This document shows, in pieces, positions 1 to 13,600 of a stretch of 64,000 nucleotides of DNA. Under the pieces are notes generated by a model, which saw nothing but the letters and a program-made list of their open reading frames with translations, did no database searches and had not been told where the DNA came from. Source of the DNA: Camelus dromedarius (taxonomy: Eukaryota); assembly GCF_036321535.1 (NCBI RefSeq), contig NC_087447.1, positions 46,378,001 to 46,442,000 on the forward strand. The letters run 5' to 3'. The stretch's first letter is position 1. Each line of letters begins with the position of its first letter. Both the position numbers and the translations under genes were made by a program.

Positions 1-310
1 ACCACTGTACATTAGAAGTTCCTGAGGACTTGTTCAAAATCATTAGATTCAGGGAAAAGTTAAATCTGGGTCTCTGGTGGTGGGAACTAGATAGAAACAG
101 TTCCTCAGATTAGCCAGGTGTCCCTAACATGCAACCAAATTTGAGTCTTGTACCTTAAGGAGTGTTACTCAAATCACCTGTATTCAATTAACCTGCAGCT
201 CTTCCTGACATGCAGTTTCTGATTCATTAAACCAAAGTGAGATCCAAGATTGCACATTTCTAACAAGCTCCCAGATGACACCAGAGCAGCCAGGCTGAGA
301 GCCACACCGT
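1..310. mobile_element. MER5-like hAT DNA transposon fragments
   Basis: Resembles MER5 consensus (tgcacatttctaacaagctcccagatga...). Confidence 0.5.
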
Positions 311-1989
311 GAACACTAAAGCCCTAGAAATTACACAAAAGAGAGCCAACACCAGGACAATTCAGGTCCGAGGGTTACAGTGCTTCAAAATCAGGTATCT
401 TAAAGGAACTATCTGCCGCTCCCTAACTCTGCATGCAGTACGCACCCAAGTCTCTGCTACTGCTCTGCCCCGTTCAGCTCTAGGTCTCAGCGCAGACAAA
501 GGAATACAACTTGCGAAACACAAATCAGATCATGAGTGACCCTTGCTTAGACACTTCAGTGACTTCCCTTGTTTAAAGAAAAATGAAAACGGCTCTAATC
601 TTACCTGTCAGAAGGACATCCTGGGGCTCTCTTAGTCCTCTTAGTCCTTCTAAGGTACCATTCTCTACCTAGCCTCAATGTCTTTGCACAGGCTGTGTCT
701 CTCCCTTCAAAGTTCGGTCTCCACTTCACCCACAAACACCTTGTAAATGGTCTATTCAGCTGTCAGGTCACAGCTTAAATTCATTTCCATCAGGGAAGCC
801 TATGCTCCCACCAAGTCTCAAACAACTTTTCCTTAGAAATCTCAAAGCACACATGGAAGTGCGTACATTTGTTTGATAAGCTGATTGCTCACTTTCTTCC
901 TCGTTAGATTGAAAGCTCTGGAGGGTAGTTGTTCTAGGTGCTTTTGCCTGCAGAGTTACCTAGTATGCACCCCATGTCCAGCCCATAATAGTCATCTAAT
1001 AAATACTTGTTGAATTAATTCGTTAAAAATGAGGTTGTTTTAATCCTAACTAGTTGAAACAGCACATAAGCCCTTCTTAACAATTACTTGGAATAAACTG
1101 TGATAAATCTCACTTACTTGACTGTCTCTATTTATAATGGGAAACGTGGCAGCAGGATGTGATCAAATGATGGCCTCTAATGTTCTGACACATTAGTGAC
1201 GCTGCCACTTTCCAAAATTCAAGTCTAGTTAGAGTCTGAGTCCACCAACCAAAATCCTAAGAGTCAAAATCAGCATAATTTACTTTCTAAGTTCAAAATC
1301 AGATCACAACTTTCTACTCCTTAATACTCTTAGCCAGCTACCTGTGAACAACAGGTTTTTTCTTCTCTCAAAAGTGCTTTGGTTCTTCAGGGTCTTTTCA
1401 GGTTTCATATGGATTTTGACAGGGATTGTATCGAATCTGTAAGTCTCTTTGAGTAGTATGGATATTTTAACAATATTAATTCTTCCTGTCCATGAACACA
1501 GATTGTCTTTCCACTTATTTGTGTTACTTTAACTTCTTTCATTTTTTGTTAGTTTTCAGTATGTAAGTCTTTACATATTAAGAAACATAATTATTTCTGA
1601 TATTTTTAAGTTCAGTTTATAAAACTTTTCATTCTATTTACAAGTCTAGTAAATAGAATAATATTAGCAATAATATTAGTAAATAATATTAGTAATCATT
1701 TTTAAGGGACTAATACAACCTATTTAATTAAATTTCCCTAAAAATTTTAAACCATATTTATAAAATTCCAAATTTTGATTTCCTTTTTTAAGTATATAAG
1801 TTGTTTTTCAATCTAAGACTGACTTACTGAGTTTGTAATAAATACTCACAATCTAATAAAATCAATTTAGAATTATGGTAAATGTGAGGTTCTGTTAAAA
1901 GTAAATTTACTGGGCTTTTATTATACATTTAAAGTTAAAATTTACAGCAGTTGCTTATGAATACATTTAAAAGCTGGAATCTGTTGGCC

Positions 1990-2862
1990 AATAGGAACAT
2001 GAAAAATATTCAATATCACCAATTATCAGAGAAATGCAAATCAAAATGACAATGAGGTTATCACCTCACACCAATCAGAATGGCCATCTTTAAACAGTCC
2101 ACAAATGATAAATGCTGGAGAGGGTGTGGGAAAAAGGGAATCCTCCTACACTGCTGGTGGCAATGTAAATTGGAGCAACCATTATGGAAAACAGTATGAA
2201 GACTCCTTTAAAAATTAAAAATAGACTTACTCTATGATCCAGCAATCCCAATCCTGGGCATATATCTGGAGGAAATTCTAATTTGAAAAGATATATGCAC
2301 CCCAATGTTCATAGCAGCCCTATATACAATAGCCAAGATATGGAAGCAACCTAAGTATCCATCAACTGATGATTGGATAAAGAAGTTGTGGTATATACAA
2401 TGGAATACTACTCGGCCATAAAAAAGAATGAAACAATGCCATTTGCAGCATCAGGGATAGAGATTATTATACTAAGTGAAGTAAGCCAGAAAGAAAAAGA
2501 AGAATATCATATGATATCACTTATATGTGGAATCTAAAAACAAATGATACAAATGAACTTATTTACAAATCAGAGACAGACTCACAGACATAGAAAACAA
2601 ACTTATGGTTACTAGGAGGGAAAGAGGTGGGAGGGATAAATTGGGAGTTCAAGATTTACATATACTAACTACTATATATAAAATAGATAAACAACAAGGT
2701 CCTACTGTATAGCACAGGGAACTATATTCAATATCTTATAATAATTCATAATGAAAAAGAATGTAAAAAGAAATATACATATTTACATATAACTGAATCA
2801 CTATGCTGTATACCAGAGACTAATGCAACATTGTAAATTGACTATACTTCAATAGAAAAAAA
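1990..2862 (+). mobile_element. L1 3' fragment (ORF2 end, 3' UTR, A-tail)
   Basis: Typical L1 3' sequence (aaatgctggagagggtgtgggaaaaagggaa..., gcacagggaactatattcaatatctt) ending in an A-run. Confidence 0.9.
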
Positions 2863-3949
2863 TTTTTATTGTAATAATCTGTAACTAATTTTCACAACAA
2901 AGGTTAGTGTTAGCCCAGAGGATTGCATTTCAAAACTGCTTATTTCTACTACTTCTTTTTAGGCTTTTCATGAAATGTTGTTTTATTTTGTATTTTTCAT
3001 TTTCAATTGAATTTTTAACCAAGGATGTATTAAAGTGTTTGGGGCTTATAAGTTTTCCAGCATCCAGTTGGTGCCTGGAAAGGGCGAAGCTTAAAAGGAA
3101 TGAAAATGGGAGCTGATGTGTGTTGATCTCCCTCTGTGGCCTCTGAAGTGAATGTGAGCCTTTCAGACACTGGGAAAGGCTTCACGTGCAGCAGGGCCCC
3201 AACCTTCAGTGAGGTACCGCCCATCAGAGCCATGTGACCAGCACAGCTTCAGGGTTCTCCGTGGACAGTCTATTCTTTCCAACTCTTCTCCTCCTTCAGT
3301 GTGTTCTCATAAAAAAGGTGTTCCTCCCCAAAAAAGGAATGTATAGAACAAAAAAGTAACATATAGATCGGGCAGCATATATAGGAAGAAAAGAATACAG
3401 GAAATGATTGTTCCATAACTTAGAAAATTTGCCTGCTGTGATTTGCACAGTATGGAACTCTGAACTACCATGGCAACAGTAGGAATGTAAAATGGATCTA
3501 ACAGTTTCGTTCCTCAGGAGAAAGAACTTTACTACACAGTTCATTCTAAGAGACTTTACCACGTAGGTCTATACGTAAAGTTGATAGGGTAGGGCGGGAA
3601 CCTACACTGTTATTCCCCTAGTGTATCTGATCTTGAGGAGAAGCTAGGCATATCTGCAGACTGGTCAAGAGCCTGAGCTTTGAGGCCATATGGACAGTTT
3701 TCTCACATTATATATTGCATTTGTTTAGCAAACAATTTTATTCCCATCAGCAACTGTTCTAATCACTTTATAAATGTGATTCATTCAACAAAAATTAATT
3801 CAGCCCATACTACAATCCAAACACTGTTGTAGTCATTTGAGAGACATCAATGAAAATGAGACATTTTGAACAAAGATTCTGCCTTCAGGGATGTTTATAT
3901 TGTGGAGAGGGGAGAGAGATAATAAACCATAAATGCAATAAATAGGCAA

Positions 3950-4265
3950 AGTGCAAATGGACTTATTTATAAAACAGAGACAGACTCACAGACATAGAAA
4001 ACAAACTTATGGTTACCAAAGGGGAGAGAGAGAGGGGGATAAATTAGGAGTCTGAGATTTGCAGATACTAACTACAATATGGAAAAATAGAAAAGCATAA
4101 TGCCCTACTGTTTAGCCCAGGGAAATCTATTTAATATCTTGTAATAACCTATAATAATAAAGAATATGAAAAAGAATATCTGTATGTATAAGTGAATCAC
4201 TATGCTATACACCAAAAACTAATACAACATTGTAAATCAACTATACTTCTATTTAAAAAAAAAAG
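3950..4265 (+). mobile_element. Truncated L1 3' UTR
   Basis: acagagacagactcacagacatagaaaacaaacttatggttacc... ending in poly(A). Confidence 0.85.
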
Positions 4266-4809
4266 TTTCAAAGAAACTACAAGTCAGACTTATTGTAAAG
4301 ACTGGATTATCTCATTTATTAATAAACCCAACTTCATCAAGCAATATAAATAAATAAACAAGCAAATTGTTCATGTGTTAGAAGACAGTAAGAGTCATGG
4401 AAATAGAAAAATGTAGAGGGCAAGAGGATTGGGGGTGACTGGGTGCAGTATTAAATAAGGGTAAGGATCAGTATCCTGAGAATATGAGATGTAAGATAAG
4501 ACTAGAAGGAAGGGAGGGAGCTAGCTAAGCTAGTCCTGGGGAGTAGAGTTTCAGGAAGACGAGTTACAGCAACTGCCTTTAAGAGGGGTCACACGGGATT
4601 ATTCAAAAACCAGCAGGGAGGCAAGGCAGCTGTGAGAGTGAGCCAGGAGGAGTGTTACACAATTCTTCTAAACTGCACCTCTTACCACCCAGGGGTAACA
4701 GTGAAGAATGCACCCACTGGCTCCTTCCCCCACTGGTCAGAGGTGTGAGGCCCGCAGCCTCACATTCTCAGGTAGGGTGTAGAGAGACCTCAACAGTGGG
4801 GAGTCTGAA

Positions 4810-5205
4810 TGTTACTCAGCCATAAAAAAGAAGGAAATTTTGCCTTTGGCAACAATGGATGGACTTGGAGGGTGTTATGCTAAGTGAAATAAGCCAGACA
4901 GAGAAAGACAAATACTGTATGTCATCACTTATATGTGGAATCTAAAAAATACAACAAGCTAGTGAATATAACAAAAAAGAAGCAGACTCGCAGATATAGA
5001 GAACAAGCTGGTGGCTCCAGCGGTGGGGAGGGGCAACGTGAGGGTGGGGGCGTGGGAAGTACAAAGTACTGAATGTAAATTATGCTCAAGGATGTACTGT
5101 ACAACACAGGGAATATAGCCAATGTTTTGTAATAACTGTAAATGGAGTGTGACCTTTAAAAATGTATAAAAATAAAACATAATTTTTAAAAAAAAATTTA
5201 AAAAC
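4810..5205 (+). mobile_element. Truncated L1 3' end
   Basis: ttactcagccataaaaaagaag...gctaagtgaaataagccagacagagaaagacaaatactg. Confidence 0.85.
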
Positions 5206-6101
5206 AATGGGTAGCCTGAGCAATCAGCCTGTAACAATGGAGGGAGGTAGAAACTGAGTCTCTGAGTTGGTCTCTGGGGACCGTCTCCCACACGCATGCT
5301 TCCAGGCTTTCTGGAACCTGGGCTTTAACACTGGCCTCTGTGTCATCTTGGAGCTGGGTTTGGTGGTGGTGGTGGGGTTCAGGTGGATCCTATTAGGCCT
5401 CTGACTCAGTGGTGAGGACTCCTTGCCAAGGTTTTGATGTCTTCTGAGACCTCGGCTCCCCCACCCACGTTGCGACAGACATTTCAGTAACCCAGACAGA
5501 GCCTGTGGGACAGGCAGGCCCAACGTGTTTAGGAGGAACAGGAAAGTTTCGAGAAAATTTGGAAAGGCTCAGCCTCGTTGCAGAAGTGGGGTTTCTCTCT
5601 GCTGTCCTCCTGACCCCAAGACCCTGCTGCCGGAGCTCCCGGTGAAACACACTCACTCACCTTCTCCCTCTCGGCCACTGCCCTGCTCCGTGTCCCTGCA
5701 TGTGTCCCACTGTCTCTTCATTGTGTGAATTCTGTCCTTGCCCATTTCTCATAGGACACCTTCCCGGCCTCATCTTCTGTCACCAGGTTTCTGATTGTCT
5801 GGAACTACCTCCCGTTCTTCACTGTTTGGTGACGGCAGCTCCTTCTTTTCTTCTCCCTGCAGCTGAGTTTCACCACACTGTGTCCAACACAGGAGCCCCC
5901 GCCCCTCCTCCTGACCCTAGACCCCTGTGTGAGGTGTGGGCAGCAGGAGAGCACGGCGGTGATGAGGCCCCCTCAGGCTCTCTCTGCTCACAGATGGGCC
6001 CCTCGAAAGCACAGAGACCCATCGTTCCAGAAAACAGCAGCTCAGGAGCCCAGCTGAACATGTAAAAGGACGGTTCACCTTTACCAGTAATCTCCATAAT
6101 T

Positions 6102-6240
6102 TTTTTTAATGCTCTCTATTTTTTTAATTTATTTATTTATTTATTTATTTTTCCCCTTAATGGAGGTGCTGGGGATTGAACCCAGGACCTTTTGCACACC
6201 AAGCACTCACTCTGTCACTGAGCTATACCAGCAACCCCAT
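6102..6240 (-). mobile_element. tRNA-derived SINE (camelid type)
   Basis: ggggattgaacccaggacc...actgagctatacc on +, T-rich tail on the left, short TSD cataattt. Confidence 0.85.
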
Positions 6241-7099
6241 CATAATTTCTAATTAAGGCAAAAAATGTGACTGCCCCCAACCTCATGATCCAGCAAAGAT
6301 GAAAAGACATGCTAATTTGCAGTGTTAGCATGGCTCTGAGCAAGCTGATGCATGGATATACTGTTCTTGGGACTATAAACTAATAAAACCTCACTGATGA
6401 CAGTTCAGCGTCATGGATTTTAAAAACAAAAACAAAAATCTTTCACATGTACACTGGCATTTCACCCATCAATCCAAATCCATCAGCTTAGTCTCAAGAA
6501 ATAGCCAACAAGCTGTAAAATGTACATAAGAAGATAATGATTATATCATTGTTCATAATCTGAAAAAATTGGAAGGAGCACATAAATACAAAATTATTTT
6601 CAAAACTGGTTAAATTCGTTTTGCTGCATCCACCTAGTGGATATATTCAAGGAATATTTACTGTGGTGGAAACACCTACTTCCTGTACCCGAGCAGGCAG
6701 TGCAAACCTGATGTTCACGTTAGCGGTGTCCTACTGGGGCACAGACTGTGTTGGAAACATCATTTTAACACCACAGGAGTGAGTCAGAATTTTTTGTCCC
6801 TCAGTATGAGCCGTTTTCCTGAGTGGAATGAAGCAGCTCTGAGAAGGAGGCTGGGATGTCTCTGAGGGAACCAAGTGACATATCAAGGACAGCCCAATGT
6901 CAGTGTCCCCTGCCAATGGTTGAGTCATGCTGAGAGGATCGTGATGACCTCAGCACACATTTTTTAAAATTTCACTTTCTTTTATCACCAGTGAGGTTGA
7001 ACTTTTCTTAGTTATTTTGACAATATTTATTTCCTTTTGTGAATTAACTATTCCTGCCTCTGCCTTTTTAAATAGCCATCTCTCTTTTTTCATCAGCAG

Positions 7100-9350
7100 A
7101 GCATTTTGTTGTGTGAGATCAAGCTTCGGTTCTTACAAGACCAAAGGGTTGCAACTCATGATGTAGGGGAACTTAAGTGCCAGGAGGGACCCTATAAAGG
7201 GAAATCCTCCTTCTGAAGTGTCTAAAAGAATGGTTATTAAATTTCGTCAGTAATGAGTTACATTCAGACCAGTAGCTATGATTTGAGAAAGACACACCAG
7301 AGGGTTTGGGTTTTTTTTTTTTTTCCTTAAGTGGCAGAAGAAAATCCTAGAGATCAAAATTAATAGGATGGAAATAATGGTATCATATTAAAGCTTTAGA
7401 GGGTGTCAAAGTGTAATAATAGGCAAGATTAATGACAGCATTAAGGAAAAAGTGCTGAAGAATCAAAAAATTAATCTTGTTGCATCATTTTAAGTAAAAA
7501 GCACCTACTTCTGCAGTCAGCAGCTTCTGGAGGGTTCCTCACAATTCTGAGTTTGGGGCTCTTCATGGGACAGATGCCAGTAGCCAGGAAGAAGCGATGT
7601 GTCTCTGAAGCTGAGAAACAAAGATCAACACCTTTGAGTTTTACTGCTGTATCAGTTAACAGTACCTGGTAAGGTCCTCTCCACTGAGGCTCAAGAGTAA
7701 TTTTTCTCTGGTGCCATTTTTAGAAGATCAAATCTCCAGGTTCCAGGGTGTGCAAAGGCTGAGTAGGTGGGTGTTTTGGACATGCAGCTTGTACCTGTTT
7801 GTTATAAAACTAGAGGTATTGTTTGAATCCCCTCCAGTAATTTGTCACATCAGCTTGTACCAACAGTGCAGAACCTATGGTGGTGGAGTGCATGCCTAGC
7901 ACGCATGAGGTCTTGGGTTCAATCCCCGGCACCTCCATTCAAAATAAATAAATAAATAAGCAAACAAACCTAATTACCTCCCCCCCCCCAAAAAAAACCA
8001 AACACAATGGTGCAGAACCTAGGATTGCAAATAGTCAGGCAGCCTGTTAGGAACTCCAAAAATGGGCACTCGTGGGTGCTAGGAGCGTTGGTCTTCTTGC
8101 TACGGGCACGGGTGGCACTCCCTCAGGCCCTGGGAGTTGAGAGCTCTGAGAACTTTGATAATCATGCTTTTAGAATTTTTGCAGTTCTCCCTTTCCTCTG
8201 AAGTTTGTAGATGATAAAGTTCAGTGGAGGTCCTGAGTAAAAGGCAAAGCATTACGAAGGTCTGTATGACGGTCCCAGCGAAACACGTGCCCCTCTAACT
8301 GCGGAGGTGAGCTGGGATTCCACAAGCTACAAACACAGCACACCCAGGTGAACTTGCTTCTACCATTCCAGCCACAGCGCTCCACTAAGGGAAAACTTCA
8401 CCCCACCCTAAGAATAAACAACACCCACAAGTACTAATGGCCCATGTAGAGGTGCTCAAAGGGACCACAAGACTTTGGTTTCTGTCCATGCACTACCCTT
8501 ACAGTCACACTGTCAGGTAAGACCTGTGTCAGAATCATCCTTGGCAATGCCTCCTAAAATTACCCCCACTAATGCTGGTTCATTCTCACGGCCAATTCAT
8601 CTCTTCTACGGTGGGTCACATTAATGAAGCACTTTTGCTAATTTCCACTTTTAGGATGGCCGTCTCTTTAAGTTAATGGAAAAACCTCTCAGGATTCTTT
8701 TATTTGCTGTCCATTTCTTAAGGGTTCCTGTAACAGTCAGGAAATCTCTTTGTTTTTAAAACGTTTCAAAATCATGGACAAATCCCAAATCATACCTACC
8801 ATCAGGCCAAGTATTTGCTCTTTTATCTCTCATTGGTTGGCAGGTCTGGGCAAAGGCAATTAACTTAAGCCATCTGAACTATCAGGTGTCTATGTGAAGC
8901 TTAAAGGTAAGGTCCAGTCTATGGTGGCATAAACTGCTTGACAAATTTTGCTCTTTGGTTTTACATGTTAACCTCCTACAGATGATTAAATAAGGTGTAC
9001 CCAAAGGAGCGTCTAAAGGATCTTCAAGGATGGTTCTTGACAGAGGTAAAGCAATGGTGCGATTCTCCTTCTTTCTGTAAAGGAGGGAGGGGGCTGCATT
9101 TAGAGCAGTCCCACCACACACAGTGATATGGGAAGGGGAAGGCAACAATATACCTATGAAACTGTGTTTCACTAGGCAACCAGTGAAAAGTCGTGCGGAC
9201 TTTCTGGCAATAAAATCTGTACAGCATGGGGAACCATGAATTTGAGTCAAGACTTTAGAACTAAGTTAGCTGAGGCTTCCACAAGCCTTGTGCTGCCACC
9301 ATGTTCTTGGACAGATGGATACGCCTTGCTGCTGGGTCCAATGGAAGACT
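7100..9350 (-). mobile_element. Degenerate ERV (class I-like) internal region: pol/integrase and probable env start
   Basis: Minus-strand translation near 8320-8260 gives GIPAHLRS*RGTCFAGTVIQ (integrase core GIP..ISSDRG.HF.G..IQ), followed by remnants of the QSSG.VER helix; env-like N-terminal remnant near 7385-7250. Confidence 0.7.
7878..8004 (+). mobile_element. tRNA-derived SINE (camelid type) inserted in the ERV
   Basis: gagtgcatgcctagcacgcatgaggtcttgggttcaatcccc; 17-bp TSD at 7861-7877 and 8005-8021. Confidence 0.9.
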
Positions 9351-9589
9351 GAAGTAAGCAACATGTCTCTGCCCCTCTGTACATGTTTTTATGTATTTAA
9401 TAAATTGTTATATATTTGTTAAATTTAAATTTGTTAATTTTTACCAGAATATTTTTAAACATTGAAAAAAGTTGAAAATTTGAAAAGCAGGTTATCCAAA
9501 CTCACATTATTTTATTTATCACAAAAAGTATTTGTTATAATTTAACATTCCTGGGTTTAACGAAAGTAAACTCATTCAGAAGCAATAAA

Positions 9590-10545
9590 AGACTAATACA
9601 TTTCCTTATATGAAAATAAAATTATCTTATTACCAAAATAATAACCAAGAAAAGTCAAAAATTAAGGGACAGACTGAGAGAAAATATTTGCAACATGTAA
9701 CATAGATAAATGTCCAACATCTCTATTATACAAGGGACTTCTAAAAATTGAGGGGAAAAAGTTGTAGAAACCTGATAGAAAAATGGTCAAAGACACGAAC
9801 AAGACAATTCGCCAAAAAAAGAATTTTAAATGCCCCTTCAAAATATGAAAAAAGATTCTACCTCACTCATGATAAGAGACATGCAAACTAAAATAAGACT
9901 GAAATAATATTTCTCGCCTATCAGGCTGGCAAAAATTTTAAAGTACACCAACACATTCTGTTGGCAAGGCTGGGGGAAACAGATGCTCTCATACATTGCC
10001 AGTCAGAATGCCAACTGGTACAATGCTGATCTGGGAGAATTTGGCAAAAATTACAAAATGACACATGCTCTTCCACTTACTGCAATTTACCCTGTTCAAA
10101 CATCTCCAACTGTTCAAGAACATGTGTGCACAAGGCAATTCATCATAGCATTGTTTGTGATTGTAAAATATTTGAAACAACCTGAATGACCTACATAGGA
10201 GAATGGCTGAATGTACTACACACCCATAAAAATGAGGACAACATCTACACACATGTGGGATGGCTCCCAAAATACATAGTTAAATGAAAAAGAGCAAAAT
10301 GTGAGAAAGAATATTTATAGTAGGCCACCTTTCGTGAAAGGAAGAAGGGGGAGATAAGAAAACGTGCATGTTACCTGCACAACTGTACAAAGAGAAATTT
10401 AGGAAAGGTAACCCAGAGACTTCATGAGATTGGTTACATGCAGGGAGTGGATAAAAATGGGGTGAAAAGAATAAGATGGTGGAAACAGGGTAGAAAAGAT
10501 GAGGGGAGTGACACACGGTAGAGTTTATGTTTTATAGTTTTAATT
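9590..10545 (+). mobile_element. Old L1M fragment
   Basis: Degenerate ORF2 end and 3' UTR (gagaaaatatttgcaacatg..., gttggcaaggctgggggaaacag). Confidence 0.75.
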
Positions 10546-10617
10546 ACACCCCTCTTTGCAGCTCCAGGGCACATGGTTGGTATCAGAGGAATAGCCTCTC
10601 CCAGGTTTGGCTCTCAC

Positions 10618-13600
10618 CTTCCTAGCGAGCGAGGTCTTAGAGCCAGAAACAGCCAAGCTTCTATTGTGCCAAGACAAGACCACAGCATGATGCCTCTAAG
10701 CCCCCCAATTCAGGTCCCAAACCTCCCTGACATCTCACTCACCTGCCGAACAAGTCTTACTTAAAGATCTTAACTTTTGCTACAGGTTTTAGGTTTTAGT
10801 ATAAACAGAAGCCCTCTGGCACGACCAGAGTGAACCCAACTGCCTTGTGGCTCCCACAGCAATGGGGTGCAGGCCCGCCCCAAACCTGCACTCACAGGAG
10901 TGGACACACACGGGGGAGAGGGGAGACGAGGGGGAACAGGAAGAGCTGGAGCTGTGGGACAACCCTCAGTGGCTGGGGGACTGCAGCGGCAGCAGGAGGA
11001 CAGCTCCGGCAGAAACCACTCCCTGAGCAGCAGCAAAGGCAGACCTCTGCTCCCTCACCCTCAACAAGAAAGAGGCCACTGCGGGTCTGGACAGAGGTTT
11101 TTCAGGGTGATCTCAGTGAGGGGTAGGGGCTGGATTCTGCTCAAGGAGAGCACCGAGGTCTCACTTGGGCCGCCACCCCCATGGATAGGAAGTCTCTCCC
11201 AGCGAAGAAGTGCATTCTGACAACCCCACCTCGCTCCCTGAGCTGTCACCCCCAGCACACAGCTCCCAACTACATTCACAAGGGTCCTCCAGACCTGGGA
11301 GTCTTCCTCTCAGCCGGGACACCAACACCTGCCTGGGCCATGGCCCTCGGCCTCTCAGCAGCTAGCCTCAGGCACAAGGATACTGTTCCTCTCTGCTGGG
11401 TGGAAAAGAGCATGGGTGACTCCAGAAGCCCTCCCCAGGCCCCAAGGGAGGGGCAGGGACGACGGGAAGCATGCAGGCCCCCTTCCAGAAGCACTTCCGG
11501 AGTCCACTAGTTGCTCCACTGAAACCCAGCTCCATCTTGGGAGGCCTGGTGGAAGGGGAGAGCCAAAAGCCATGGGCACACCAGCCTGCACAGAAAGGAT
11601 GTGCTCACCGCAAAGCCCTCCTCAGCCCGGGCTCAGGCAGGTCCTCGGATGGACACGCGGGCCAAGGTGAGGGAGCTGAGGCCGCCCCCGAGTTGTCACG
11701 GGGCCTTGAAACAGCCTTGGCAGCAGAAGGCCTTAAACACCAAGAAGGATAAGCTATTTCACCAGCTCTTTCAAACTTGTTTTTGGAAAACAGCATTTCC
11801 CCCAAATTTTGGCACTCAGGATAGCTTGCAGACCTAACTGACCCCAATCAGCTAGCCCATCCCAGCTCCAGCCCCACACTTGCACCTGTCCCTAGTGAGC
11901 GCCCCTTGTCAGGTAGCTTCCTGTCCCCACTCCAAGCCCAGAATGTCTCCACGGGCCTGGGAACACAGGAGACCGGCCTGCCCACCCTTTCTCACGGTCC
12001 CTACAGACCAACCCCACAGCTGTTCTCCTATAAGAGAGTCTCCCTATTGTTTACAGGTCAGGCCAGCAGGCACCACAGCTCCAGGCTCTCCTGACCCCTC
12101 TGATGCCTTCCCCAGAAGAGGCCCCTCCTAGCCAGCCACACACCTGACCCATCCTGACATCAGGACGCGCTCTCCCATGAAGCCCTGTCCGAGGACCCAC
12201 AGTCAGAGTCAGAGTCAGTCAGTCAGGAAATCTGCCTCCTCCTGGGCCCTGGGTCTCAGGGCACCACTTCCTCTTTGAGGAACTTCTGAGCATCTGATTA
12301 GACAAACTATGAGTGTGCTTTGTGAACAGTAAAGCGCCCTGTAAACACAGGAGAGCTTGAGGGAAAAAAGCCAGGAAAGTGGTCGGGTGCTGGACTAGCA
12401 AGAGCGGTGCTCTGGAGGCTCCTGGGAGGATGCTACAGGGCACAATGCCACCCAGGAAGGGCTCCAGAGAAACAGGGCCAGTGCAGCGCTGGAGGCAGGC
12501 TTGCCTGGCAAAGACACCCCCTGTGTAGCCTGCTCTGCCAGGAGGGGCTCATCACCAGGAACGAGCTGCAGGGAGATTAGCTGTGGCAGGAACTGGCCAA
12601 GGGACACTGGGACTCAGGCTGCCAACTGCTCTACCCGCAGGGGGCAGAAGAAGAAATGGCTCCCGCAGGACTCAGCTCCCAGGAGTGCAGCAGGGAGCTC
12701 ATGCCAGGGACAGCGAGGGGCGGCAGGTAACTAGGAGTCTGCTGTGCCAAGCGGATGGCCTTGCCTGTGGGAGAAGGCGCCAGTGTCTGTGTGAATCCCA
12801 ATGGGCTGGATTTGGCACTGGCAACACTCTTCACCATGGCTGAGGAAGGCCACAAACTTGCCAGGTTTTGCCACTCTGTCCCCATAGTGAAGAGACCAGA
12901 TGCCCAAGACAGAATTCCTCACCCTCCTGTCCCCACCCCTATCCAGGAATGACTGTCAAAATACTTAGCAGCAGATACAGTTGTCAGCAATGGCAGGAGT
13001 TCCCACAAGCTGCCAAGTGAGAGTGACTCTGGCACCACCTGCAGCCACAGCCTCAGAGGCCCACGAGTGCACCTGGGGACTCCAGCACCATCCCCGGGGA
13101 AGTGGTCTTCCCACCGGGTCCAGGTGCACAGCCTGGTCAATGGACACACGGAGACAGGGGTCAGCCCAGGGATGACTGCAGGCTGGCAATGGATGGGCCA
13201 GTGAGCACCAAGCCACCACTGAGGGTGCCCATGCAGGGTGTCTGGGGGCCAAAACGGCTGGGGGTACTCAGGGAGCTTGGGGCCCCGGCCATTTCCAATC
13301 AGTATCTCATGTTTCAGTATTGTAGTAATTGGTACAGCCATACTTGGCACGGTGGCTGAGCCTGCCCTTCCTTCCCCAGCTTGAGCTACATCTACAATCT
13401 ACAATCCATGTACAATCCATCTCCCACATGAGGAGCTCTCAGGGCAGGGGACCACAGCATGAACCATCCACCCACCCCTGCAACCTGCTTCCTCAGCCCC
13501 TGCATGTTAATGACACTACAGCCTCGCCCATGACAAAGTGGCCCTCCCCTCCTTGTATTTCTACCCCACGTTATGCTTTCATGGTCACAATTTAACGTGA

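Noticed and set aside
2900..3580. Unique-looking stretch with short ORFs on both strands
   Set aside because: No recognisable protein, retrocopy hallmarks or consistent splice pattern.
10896..11216. Loose resemblance of GRDFLSMGVAAQTRSGLFLVEV to beta-adaptin appendage platform strands
   Set aside because: Generic beta-strand pattern judged by eye; cannot be supported without a profile search, so no family assigned.
12250..12340. Minus-strand acceptor tttacag followed by an open frame (GALLFTKHTH...)
   Set aside because: Sequence gcgctttactgttcacaaagcac resembles a MIR core; excluded from the fossil-gene model.
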